Assembly (NCBI GenBank): GCA_021108215.1
Contig: JAIORK010000036.1
Location: 22,948 to 86,947 of the forward strand
DNA: 64,000 nt
Direction of reading: 5' to 3'
Source of the DNA: a bacterium
Lineage (GTDB): Bacteria; Oederibacteriota; JAAXVQ01; JAUVAV01
The notes beneath the pieces are model-generated. The model worked only from the letters and a program-made list of their open reading frames with translations. It was not told the DNA's origin and ran no database searches. Positions 10,136-18,352 of this stretch are shown one piece after another (position 1 is the stretch's first letter; every line of letters starts with the position of its first letter). Made by a program: the position numbers and the translations under genes.

Positions 10136-10345
10136 TTAGCCGATTTTGCGAACGTTGGCTGCCTGGGCGCCTTTCGGTCCCTGGACAATGTCGAATTCAA
10201 CTTCGTCGCCTTCGTTCAGGTTACGGAAGCCGTCACCCTGGATGGCTGAAAAATGTACAAATACATCTTCACCGCCATCGTTCTGTTCCAAAAAACCATA
10301 ACCTTTTGTTCCATTAAACCATTTTGTCTTACCTTGAACTGACAT
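10136..10345 (-). CDS. cold-shock protein, CspA family
   Basis: KGYGFL (RNP1) and VFVHF (RNP2) motifs. Start moved to the internal ATG ([11 protein letters not shown]), which is preceded by GGAGG. Confidence 0.9.
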   Translation of the reverse strand: MSVQGKTKWFNGTKGYGFLEQNDGGEDVFVHFSAIQGDGFRNLNEGDEVEFDIVQGPKGAQAANVRKIG

Positions 10346-10525
10346 GAATCTTGTTCCTCCAAAATTTTCAATACCCATTTTTTGCCTTAGCAAAGAAGGG
10401 GGTTCACCTTACCATTGCGTGGTAAACCTGTCAAATAAATTATCGGTTATTATAAATAAATAATAAAGCGCTTTTTTATTCCCACTGACGCCCTGGTCAA
10501 ATTTACAATCCATTCCTATTTAATG

Positions 10526-10665
10526 CTACTGATTTTAATCGTCCCCTTCACGTTCCCTTGCACAATAACACGCGCCATATAGACACCGGGCACAACATCT
10601 TGGCAGTCCCAGACCAGACTTTGACCCGGACCCTCCGGCAACTCTTCCTGCAGTATTGCCACACG
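10526..10665 (-). pseudogene. orphan 3' fragment of a T9SS/FlgD-Ig-like C-terminal sorting domain
   Basis: 46 codons (RVAILQEELPEGPGQSLVWDCQDVVPGVYMARVIVQGNVKGTIKISSIK*) with no start codon and an in-frame stop upstream. About 90 percent identical over 127 nt (10541-10667) to the 3' end of the 879-aa gene (14292-14418). Confidence 0.7.
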
Positions 10666-10676
10666 CTAACAGAAAT

Positions 10677-12977
10677 TTATCCGCTTATCTTGATTTGCCC
10701 TCTCAGCTCTTTGGCTGCTGCAACCATGTTGTGCAAGGCATCGTTGACTTCAGGCCAATTTCTGGTCTTCACTCCGCAATCAGGATTAATCCACAATTGT
10801 TCAACCGCCATAACTGCCATTGCTTTTTTCATCCTATTGATAATTGCTTCCTTTTCCGGAACAAGCGGTGAATGGATATCATAAACTCCCGGACCGATAT
10901 CATTGGGATACTTAAATTCACCAAAGGCCGTCAAAAGCACCATATCCGACCGCGAGGCCTCAATCGATATAACATCTGCGTCCATTGCGGCAATGGCATC
11001 CAAAATATCCTCAAAGTCCCCATAACACATGTGCGTATGAATCTGCGTTTCATTCTTAACCCCCGCTGATGCCAATCGAAAACAATCCACTCCCCATTTC
11101 AGATATGCGGGCCATTCGGTTTTTTTCAGCGGCAACCCTTCCCGCAAAGCCGGTTCATCAATCTGTATCACATGAATACCCGCTCGTTCCAAATCAGCTA
11201 CCTCATCCCGAATCGCCAAGGCGATTTGTTGACAGGTATCCTTCCTCGGCTGATCATCACGTACAAAAGACCATTGCAAAATAGTAACCGGTCCGGTAAG
11301 CATGCCTTTCATTGGTTTTTTCGTTAAAGATTGTGCAAAAGAACTCCACGCTACGGTCATCGGTTCTTTTCTTTCCACATCTCCATAAATAATCGGCGGT
11401 TTGACACAGCGAGACCCATAGCTCTGTACCCATCCGTTTTTAGTAAAGACAAAACCATCCAGATGTTCACCAAAATATTCAACCATATCCGTACGTTCAA
11501 ATTCTCCATGCACCAATACATCCAGGCCTATCTCTTCCTGAAATGCGATACACTTTCTTGTTTCTTCCTTTAAAAACTGTTGGTACGCTTCCTGATTCAA
11601 TTTCCCTGATTTTAAATCCCGTCTTTTCAAACGAACCGATTGCGTCTGCGGAAAAGATCCGATCGTTGTTGTCGGCAACAAAGGCAGCCGGAATTTTTCC
11701 TGCTGCATCTTTTTCCGTTCATTAAACGGAGCATTTCTGGCCAGCATCCGGGCAGTAACTTTGCGACCCCGTTCTTTAATCCGTAATTGATTGACTTTTT
11801 CCGATTTTCGTCTGAATTGAACAGCTGCCTGTCTTTTGGTTAATTCATCAGCTATTACACTCTTTCCTTGAGTGCCCACTTTTCCTAAAAGGACTATTTC
11901 ATCCATTTTTTCTTTTGCAAAACACAGCCAGGATTTAATCTCCTCATCAAGCTCGGTTTCTTCTTCCAGGCCAAACGGAACATGCAATAACGAACATGAA
12001 GAACTAATGATTACATTATTTTCACCCAGCTTGGTTATCGCTTTTTCAATCATTGGAATAAAAATCCCCAGATCGCTGCGCCAGATATTCCTCCCATTAA
12101 TCACACCCAGAGACAATTGTTGATCCGGTCTGATGATTTCCAAAACCTGATCAAGTTGTTCCGGCGCTCTAACAAGATCAACATGTAAACCATCGATTGG
12201 ACAATTGACAATGTCATTTAAATAATTTGTGATACCGCCAAAGTATGTGGTTAATTGTATTTTCCATCTTGAATCTACTGATGATAATTGTTTATAGGTT
12301 TTATGAACAGCTGCAGCAACGTCTTCTGCCCGGTCCAAAACCAAACAGGGTTCATCCATCTGAATCCAATCCGCCCCGGCTTCCGCCAATTTATCCAATA
12401 TAGCTTCATAAACCGGCAAAAGTAATGGCAATAATGTTAATACTGATGCCGCGCCATCAACCATTCTTCCCGACAAAAGATAAGAAACCGGCCCAAGCAA
12501 AACAGGCCGGGTATGAATCCCCATTGCCTTGGCCTCTTCAAATTCCCGAACCGCTTTCAATGCATAAAGTTTAAATTCCTGGTTTTCTTTAAATTCAGGA
12601 ACAAGATAGTGATAGTTGGTATCAAACCATTTGGTCATTTCCATGGCGGGAATATTCTGATTGTCGTTTTTTTTACCGCGTGCCATTGCAAAATATAAAT
12701 CAAGATCAATATCACCGTCATTCCAATTGTAGCGTTCGGGCACGGCACCTACCATACAAGTCGTATCAAGAACCTGATCATAAAACGAAAAATCATTGGA
12801 AGGAATAATTCCCAATTGATGTTCCTGCATTAGCCGCCAGTGAGCGACTCTTAATGCTGAAGCAACCTCAAGTAATTCTTCCTTATTTATTTCCCCCCTC
12901 CAATATTTTTCCAGAGCTTTTTTAAGCTCGCGTTTTTTTCCCATTCTGGGAAATCCTAAAACTGCAGTTTTGGCCAT
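10677..12977 (-). CDS. metE: cobalamin-independent methionine synthase MetE
   Basis: Full-length two-domain MetE (MAKTAVLGFPRMGKKRELK...; C-terminal Zn-site region HTHMCYGDF). Start set at the ATG at 12977; the longer ORF runs into the riboswitch terminator. Confidence 0.93.
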   Translation of the reverse strand: MAKTAVLGFPRMGKKRELKKALEKYWRGEINKEELLEVASALRVAHWRLMQEHQLGIIPSNDFSFYDQVLDTTCMVGAVPERYNWNDGDIDLDLYFAMARGKKNDNQNIPAMEMTKWFDTNYHYLVPEFKENQEFKLYALKAVREFEEAKAMGIHTRPVLLGPVSYLLSGRMVDGAASVLTLLPLLLPVYEAILDKLAEAGADWIQMDEPCLVLDRAEDVAAAVHKTYKQLSSVDSRWKIQLTTYFGGITNYLNDIVNCPIDGLHVDLVRAPEQLDQVLEIIRPDQQLSLGVINGRNIWRSDLGIFIPMIEKAITKLGENNVIISSSCSLLHVPFGLEEETELDEEIKSWLCFAKEKMDEIVLLGKVGTQGKSVIADELTKRQAAVQFRRKSEKVNQLRIKERGRKVTARMLARNAPFNERKKMQQEKFRLPLLPTTTIGSFPQTQSVRLKRRDLKSGKLNQEAYQQFLKEETRKCIAFQEEIGLDVLVHGEFERTDMVEYFGEHLDGFVFTKNGWVQSYGSRCVKPPIIYGDVERKEPMTVAWSSFAQSLTKKPMKGMLTGPVTILQWSFVRDDQPRKDTCQQIALAIRDEVADLERAGIHVIQIDEPALREGLPLKKTEWPAYLKWGVDCFRLASAGVKNETQIHTHMCYGDFEDILDAIAAMDADVISIEASRSDMVLLTAFGEFKYPNDIGPGVYDIHSPLVPEKEAIINRMKKAMAVMAVEQLWINPDCGVKTRNWPEVNDALHNMVAAAKELRGQIKISG

Positions 12978-12993
12978 CCTCGGGCCCCCTTTC

Positions 12994-13043
12994 AAAATAA
13001 AAAACCCTGACCTGTCATGCACGGGGCATAAAACAGACCAGGG
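12994..13043 (-). terminator. riboswitch expression-platform terminator (attenuator) upstream of metE
   Basis: RNA CCCUGGUCUGU...ACAGGUCAGGG (11 bp with two G-U pairs) followed by UUUUUUAUUUU, about 15 nt before the metE RBS region. Confidence 0.65.
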
Positions 13044-13094
13044 GATCATTGAAAGTCCTGCCTTCCGATGATGCTTTCCCGGCTGCTTCACCCC

Positions 13095-13278
13095 AATCCA
13101 CGAGGGTCAAACAAGTTTTTTGTCTTAAGCAGGTCTTCTGGCTTCCGGATCGTTCTACTAACCCAACCTTCCCATCCGTATTGAATAGTGGTCATTTGGG
13201 TGTTCGTCACCGGTTACAGCGGCGGGACCGCGACGGACTTGCACCGTCTTCCCTTTTCATCCTCTCGCGAGGAACATA
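13095..13278 (-). promoter_or_regulatory. cobalamin (B12) riboswitch
   Basis: Minus-strand RNA contains AAAAGGGAAGACGGUGCAAGUCCGUCGCGGUCCCGCCGCUGUAACCGG and the B12 box GAAGCCAGAAGACCUGCU (13129-13146). It sits in the metE leader. Confidence 0.85.
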
Positions 13279-13382
13279 AGACTTTTTTTATTAGATAGAT
13301 TTTATCGTTATAAAATTGAAAGTCAATCCTTAACTTACCGTTCCACATTTTTTTCGCGTTTTTTAGTGTGTCATGGAGCTGG

Positions 13383-14165
13383 TCAATCTTTGAGCGCTTT
13401 CAGAATATTTCTAAATCTCGTTGCGCTGATGGGATGGTATGCCAGAATATCACCTTGATACAGTATCCCAAACGTCCCAAACGGCACCGGACTTTGCTGT
13501 GCTGCTCTGCTGTCATTTAAATCCACAATCTTGAGTGTCAGCTTAAATTCATTTTTCGCAACCTCCGCCATTTCCTGCACATTGGTCACCGTATAAGGAC
13601 ATTGATCAGCTCTGAAAAGAATGAGTCCCTTTTTCCATTTTTCCGGGATGGTTTTTAATTGCACTGCAAAGCAAGGTGGCGGTGTCCGTGTCTGTGTGGA
13701 AAATGTCTTTGCCATCAATAAAAAATCGGGCTCTGACCGGTCCACAACCGCATACTTTCTTTTTAGAAATATCCGTTCATCCGCCATAAAAGAACCCTTA
13801 CGCACCACCACGGCAACACCCGCCAATTTTTGTTTCTTTGCATCCGCTTCACACTGTTCAATCAGCTTGGAGGCATATCCGTGCCCTTTAAATTCTTTTT
13901 TAAATCCCACAAACAAACAGTGAATCACCATATACTTATCCGCCCGGATGGACCGCCAGCAAGTTTTACCCGGCATATATTCAATCATTCCCTGTGTTCC
14001 GGTTTTTTCAGAATGAAGCATAAATACTCTCAAACCGTGTTTCAACTGTTCTAAAACCCACCCGGTTTTTTCCTGATACCCGGGCCGTTTTGGATTTTTA
14101 TACCCACAAAAGGCAAACGTCTGATAATTTTCCGGTGTCACTTGTATCATTTTCAACGCATCCAT
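13383..14165 (-). CDS. GNAT N-acetyltransferase with YoaP-like C-terminal domain
   Basis: Acetyl-CoA motif region FKGHGYASKLIEQCEADAKK. C-terminal thioredoxin-like CPYT...FGILYQGDILAYHPIS resembles the YoaP C-domain. Start at ATG 14165, which is preceded by GGGAGG. Confidence 0.65.
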   Translation of the reverse strand: MDALKMIQVTPENYQTFAFCGYKNPKRPGYQEKTGWVLEQLKHGLRVFMLHSEKTGTQGMIEYMPGKTCWRSIRADKYMVIHCLFVGFKKEFKGHGYASKLIEQCEADAKKQKLAGVAVVVRKGSFMADERIFLKRKYAVVDRSEPDFLLMAKTFSTQTRTPPPCFAVQLKTIPEKWKKGLILFRADQCPYTVTNVQEMAEVAKNEFKLTLKIVDLNDSRAAQQSPVPFGTFGILYQGDILAYHPISATRFRNILKALKD

Positions 14166-14266
14166 GACAGCCTCCCTTGGCAGTATTAATGTTGCGCACA
14201 TCATAACACAATCACGTGACAACCCTGTGTCAGGTTTGGGATATACGCCGACTGTTTTTATGCAAT

Positions 14267-16906
14267 TTATTTAACAATGCTAACTTTGATAGTCCCCTTC
14301 ACGCTCCCTTGCACAATAACACGCGCCATATAGACACCGGGCGCAACATCTTTGCAGTCCCAGTCCAGGCTTTGGCCCGGACCCTCCGGTAAATTTTCCT
14401 GCAGTACCGCCACGCGCTCACCGATCAAATTATAGAGCATAATCTCAACCTGGGCAGCTTGCTCCAAATGGAGCACAAAGCGCATCTCTGATTTGGCTGG
14501 ATTGGGAAATGCCAACGCCGGCCGGCCGCCCAGGTCGACATTGAGCAAAGGATTGTCCGGTGTCACGGTTGCGGTTGGCGTTACGGTCAAAGTGGGTGAG
14601 ACGGTTTGGGTCAATGTAATAGTTCCGGTCAGGGTAATGGTGGGTGTCACGGTTGCGGTAAAAGTGATGGTCCGGGTAGGTGTCGCGGTTGCGGTCGGCG
14701 GTCCAATCACAACCACATCCGTTGCAAACGAGGATGTATTGTTACTGCTGTCCGTGGCCAAAGCGGAAACCGTCTCTCCGCCAACCAGACCGGACGGCGT
14801 GAGGCTCCAGTTGCCCGAGCCATCGGCCGTGGTCCTGCCGACCAGGGAAATGCTCCCTCCCGGATTTCCGCCCGCTTCAGCCAGGAAAACCTCGATGTAA
14901 TCATTATTCCCCGCGGTTCCGGAAATCAGGGTGCTGGAGGCAGCCGTAATCACAGGCGGTATTTTATCCGTATTGCCGCCCGCGGACAACAGAATCGCAT
15001 CATGGCCTATCGCTGTGATGGTATTGGCAAACAAACCGTTTTGAATTGCATTGGAATTTAAAATACTAATTCCATAATTCATGCCGGTAAAAATATTTCC
15101 CGAACCGGTATGCTGAATACCAAAAAAATTGCCCTGCCCGTTCGAAATACGGACACCGGTACCCATGGTCAATCCAGTGGCCGTGCCGTCTGGCATGCAA
15201 TTAAGCCAGTTCTGGCATATGGTATTGTTGTCCGCTCCGTCATACAGTTCAAATCCGTAGTTTAAACAGTAAATATAGTTGCGGTCTTCAGGCAGCAGTC
15301 CGCCAATCACGTTATCGATCGCGACGCGAAGCTGGAAACCGTTAAAATTCTCGATTACGCTGCTACGGTCAAGACTCAACCCGATATCATTTCCCAGTAT
15401 ATAATTGCCAACCGCAAGTTCCAGAAAAACCGCATTCAAACTATTGCCGGAAATGATATTGCGGTAGATGGGATCCGGACCGCCGATATAATTGTTGGTG
15501 GCATTCGCGTAATATAAGCGGAGGCCGTGATAATTGGGAATCGCGGCATTTCCGGCCAGATTAAGGCCGATAATGTTTCCGATCACAGTATTTCCCTGGC
15601 AGTCGTAAATGAGCACACCCGCGTTTCCCGTACCACTGCTGCCTGAAATCAAATTGCCCCGCATCTGGCCGGCTGACAAATTGGGTCCGCCGACCAGATT
15701 ATTATCACCGGTTATCCATACCCCGCACTGGTCGCTGATGGCTGCCGCGTCACCGGCCCAGTTGGTGCCGATCAAATTGCCGCTTACCGTATTGCCCGAT
15801 CCTTGCAGCCGGATATTGTATTGGCTGCCGGATATCAGATTGCGTTCCTTATATGCTGCATTCAAATGACCGCCGATCGCGAAAGAAAACCCATACAGAT
15901 CAAGACCGTAACTGGAATTATTGGTAATCTGGTTGTTCTGGATAATATAATGATGCGAGGTTGTGGCAGTGTTATAAATGCCGCGGTCATTGGCCGCAAT
16001 GGTATTGCCATAACCGTCTACAGGCAAACCGATCCAGTTGTTATTGGAATAATTGCCGATACCAATCCCGGCAAAGGAGTGGCCCAAAGGTGTGGCCATA
16101 TCACTGCCCAGACCGATCACATTGCCGCAGACACTGTTGCCCGAGGTTGCCGCATAGGTGAAACGCAGACCCGAGTTGCTGTTGCCGGATATCAGGTTGC
16201 CCTCATTGGCATACCAGCTCCCACCGATCATATTATTTTCACATTGATCACCAAACTCCACGCCAACTAAATTAGGCCGGGCCAAAAGCCCGGAGCTGTC
16301 GGTCCCAATATAATTATTCTGGATTTTCATACTGCTGCAGTGACCAACATATATGCCATAATGGGTATTACTGGATATAATGTTGCGGTCACTGATATTG
16401 GGTGTGCCGATCACTGCATTCGTACTGCCCAAAATGTAAAGACCGTCGCGATTTGGCCGGCTTACATCTGTCCAGTCAAGACCGATCCTGCATCCGGTAA
16501 TTGAAATATTGTCGGCATTAACGGAGCGGATTGCCTGATACGCATCCACCAACGCTACATTTCTGAATTGCGTATTATCACTGGTTATGGCAATCAAAAA
16601 CATATACGTATTACTCTCCTGCGCCGGATAGTACCCGATCACCACGTCATTACTCTCCCCATCAATAATTAATTCATTATTAATCCATATTGCGCTGAAA
16701 ACCGTGATGGAATTGGAATTGCCGCTGGCGCCCGGCCCAAAGGTAATGGTATCACCTGCCGTGGCATCCAGAACCGCCTGGCGCAACGTCCCCGCACCGC
16801 TGTCCTCGCGGCTGGTGACTTGAATGGTAGCAGCTTGCGCAAGTGTCGCCATACCGCATAAAATAATAACTGCAATATACCTGACCCCTAAATATCTTTT
16901 CACCAT
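14267..16906 (-). CDS. secreted right-handed beta-helix (PbH1/CASH-type) repeat protein with Thr-rich linker and T9SS/FlgD-Ig-like C-terminal sorting domain
   Basis: Signal peptide (MATLAQA/AT). Many N-x-I-x-G-N / I-S-G-N repeat turns. TATATPTRTITFTATVTPTITLTGTITLTQTVSPTLTVTPTATVTP linker. C-terminal FPNPAKSEMRF...GVYMARV...VK. Confidence 0.75.
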   Translation of the reverse strand: MVKRYLGVRYIAVIILCGMATLAQAATIQVTSREDSGAGTLRQAVLDATAGDTITFGPGASGNSNSITVFSAIWINNELIIDGESNDVVIGYYPAQESNTYMFLIAITSDNTQFRNVALVDAYQAIRSVNADNISITGCRIGLDWTDVSRPNRDGLYILGSTNAVIGTPNISDRNIISSNTHYGIYVGHCSSMKIQNNYIGTDSSGLLARPNLVGVEFGDQCENNMIGGSWYANEGNLISGNSNSGLRFTYAATSGNSVCGNVIGLGSDMATPLGHSFAGIGIGNYSNNNWIGLPVDGYGNTIAANDRGIYNTATTSHHYIIQNNQITNNSSYGLDLYGFSFAIGGHLNAAYKERNLISGSQYNIRLQGSGNTVSGNLIGTNWAGDAAAISDQCGVWITGDNNLVGGPNLSAGQMRGNLISGSSGTGNAGVLIYDCQGNTVIGNIIGLNLAGNAAIPNYHGLRLYYANATNNYIGGPDPIYRNIISGNSLNAVFLELAVGNYILGNDIGLSLDRSSVIENFNGFQLRVAIDNVIGGLLPEDRNYIYCLNYGFELYDGADNNTICQNWLNCMPDGTATGLTMGTGVRISNGQGNFFGIQHTGSGNIFTGMNYGISILNSNAIQNGLFANTITAIGHDAILLSAGGNTDKIPPVITAASSTLISGTAGNNDYIEVFLAEAGGNPGGSISLVGRTTADGSGNWSLTPSGLVGGETVSALATDSSNNTSSFATDVVVIGPPTATATPTRTITFTATVTPTITLTGTITLTQTVSPTLTVTPTATVTPDNPLLNVDLGGRPALAFPNPAKSEMRFVLHLEQAAQVEIMLYNLIGERVAVLQENLPEGPGQSLDWDCKDVAPGVYMARVIVQGSVKGTIKVSIVK

Positions 16907-17151
16907 GTCAAACCCCCATCTTCGTGATATTGCCTTCCCAATAAAGTAATAACACAGGTTTTTAAAACAAACTATAAAAACAAGGAAAAAGTCACAAAAT
17001 CAAATCAGGTGACGGACCATTACGGTTCCAGCGCTTGTGCAGCCAGGCGTTTCATCTGCTTGACAATTGCGGCCAGACCATTGGCCCGGGAGAGAGAGGT
17101 TGGTGCTTAATCCAATTTGTCTATAAAGATGAAAAAAAGGCAAAATGCCAT

Positions 17152-17180
17152 TTGACATATCTCCAAATAAAGCTTATGTT
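17152..17180 (+). promoter_or_regulatory. sigma70-type promoter of csp
   Basis: TTGACA-N17-TATGTT, about 65 nt upstream of the csp ATG. Confidence 0.5.
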
Positions 17181-17246
17181 TCTTATAGATTTCAGCCGGA
17201 TAGGGTTGGGATCAGTTAGGTTCATTTTATAGGAGGAACGTATTTC

Positions 17247-17450
17247 ATGGTACAAGGTAAAGTAAAGTGGTTTAATGATGCAAAAGGATTCGGTTTCTTG
17301 GAGCGCGAAGGCGGCAGTGATGTATTTGTTCATTTCTCAGCTCTCAAAGGCGACGGATTCAAAAGTTTGGCTGAAGGTGAAGCAGTAGAATTTGATGTCG
17401 TTGACGGTCCCAAAGGCCCTCAGGCATCCAATGTTTCCAAACTTGGCTAA
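17247..17450 (+). CDS. cold-shock protein, CspA family
   Basis: [21 protein letters not shown]...VFVHFS motifs, AGGAGG RBS. Confidence 0.93.
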   Translation: MVQGKVKWFNDAKGFGFLEREGGSDVFVHFSALKGDGFKSLAEGEAVEFDVVDGPKGPQASNVSKLG

Positions 17451-17492
17451 GCAACCCATCCGACAACTCGTTGTATAGGTTTTAATTAAAAA

Positions 17493-17522
17493 CCCCCGTA
17501 CCTTTTGGTGCGGGGGTTTTTA
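17493..17522 (+). terminator. rho-independent terminator of csp
   Basis: CCCCCGTACC-TTTT-GGTGCGGGGG followed by TTTTT. Confidence 0.8.
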
Positions 17523-17597
17523 ATTTGGGGTAGCGCTACCCTACTGCTCCCCATTAACAAAAGAAGAGTAGTATAAAAGCTCTTTATTTTCCTACTA

Positions 17598-18320
17598 CTA
17601 ATAGCACTCATAGTACGGTGGCTTTTTGGGTGTTGGATATATTTTAGCCGAATAGTGTATGTTTTTTATCTTGTCACGAAATTTGTTTTGCAAAATAATA
17701 TTATTTCTAATTGCTGAAATATACTTATCCAGCGCTATTACTAAATCAACCTTTAAGGCATTAATTGATATCGGCAACCAATATCCAGCATAGTTATTCA
17801 AATGCGTTATTTCTCCGGCAGAATGAACTTGCACTATTTGGAAGTGTTTAACATCAAGCCTTTTTTCAAATATTATTTTGCCATCATTATCTGCTATTTG
17901 GAAATTGTGGCTGTAACTATTTCGTTCACCGTCTTCATCAGAAAATACCAACCACTTTAATATCGCTTTTTTACTTTCGAGATCTATTAATAGATTTTGT
18001 GGATGAAATCTATGACACAATCCATGTCGATACATGTAATAAAACCATTTAACTTCCTGGTCTTTGTAAATACTTGTGTCAAAATAATTACGAATAAATC
18101 CTAACTCAACATCCTCACCATCTTTCCCGAAGGGTCTTTGACCATGAAGATATTCACTCAATTCCAGCACATAACTAAAAAACATCAATGGAATAGTAAA
18201 CTCTCCTATCCCTGCTTTTAGAAGAGCACCCATTTCTAAGAGGATCGAGTTTTTATAATCTTTATCCAAATATTCGATTATCTGGTCACTGCTAACATTT
18301 TTAAATAATTTCCAAGACAT
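17598..18320 (-). CDS. hypothetical protein (orphan, AT-rich island)
   Basis: 240-aa ORF with a GGAG-type RBS, 32 nt downstream of the 777-aa gene. No recognisable motif. Confidence 0.65.
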   Translation of the reverse strand: MSWKLFKNVSSDQIIEYLDKDYKNSILLEMGALLKAGIGEFTIPLMFFSYVLELSEYLHGQRPFGKDGEDVELGFIRNYFDTSIYKDQEVKWFYYMYRHGLCHRFHPQNLLIDLESKKAILKWLVFSDEDGERNSYSHNFQIADNDGKIIFEKRLDVKHFQIVQVHSAGEITHLNNYAGYWLPISINALKVDLVIALDKYISAIRNNIILQNKFRDKIKNIHYSAKIYPTPKKPPYYECY

Positions 18321-18352
18321 ACCTCATCTCCATTTTAGACCACTTATTGATT

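Noticed and set aside
12978-13091. A 38-codon N-terminal extension of the metE ORF (MKQPGKHHRK...).
   Set aside because: The extension overlaps the riboswitch terminator hairpin. The conserved MetE N-terminus begins at MAKTAVLGFPRMG (ATG 12977).
17020-17100. A minus-strand stretch reading ...SLSRANGLAAIVKQMKRLAAQALEP-stop that looks like the C-terminus of a protein.
   Set aside because: It is only about 25 codons after an in-frame stop. I cannot assign it to a family by eye, so it may be a gene relic or chance.
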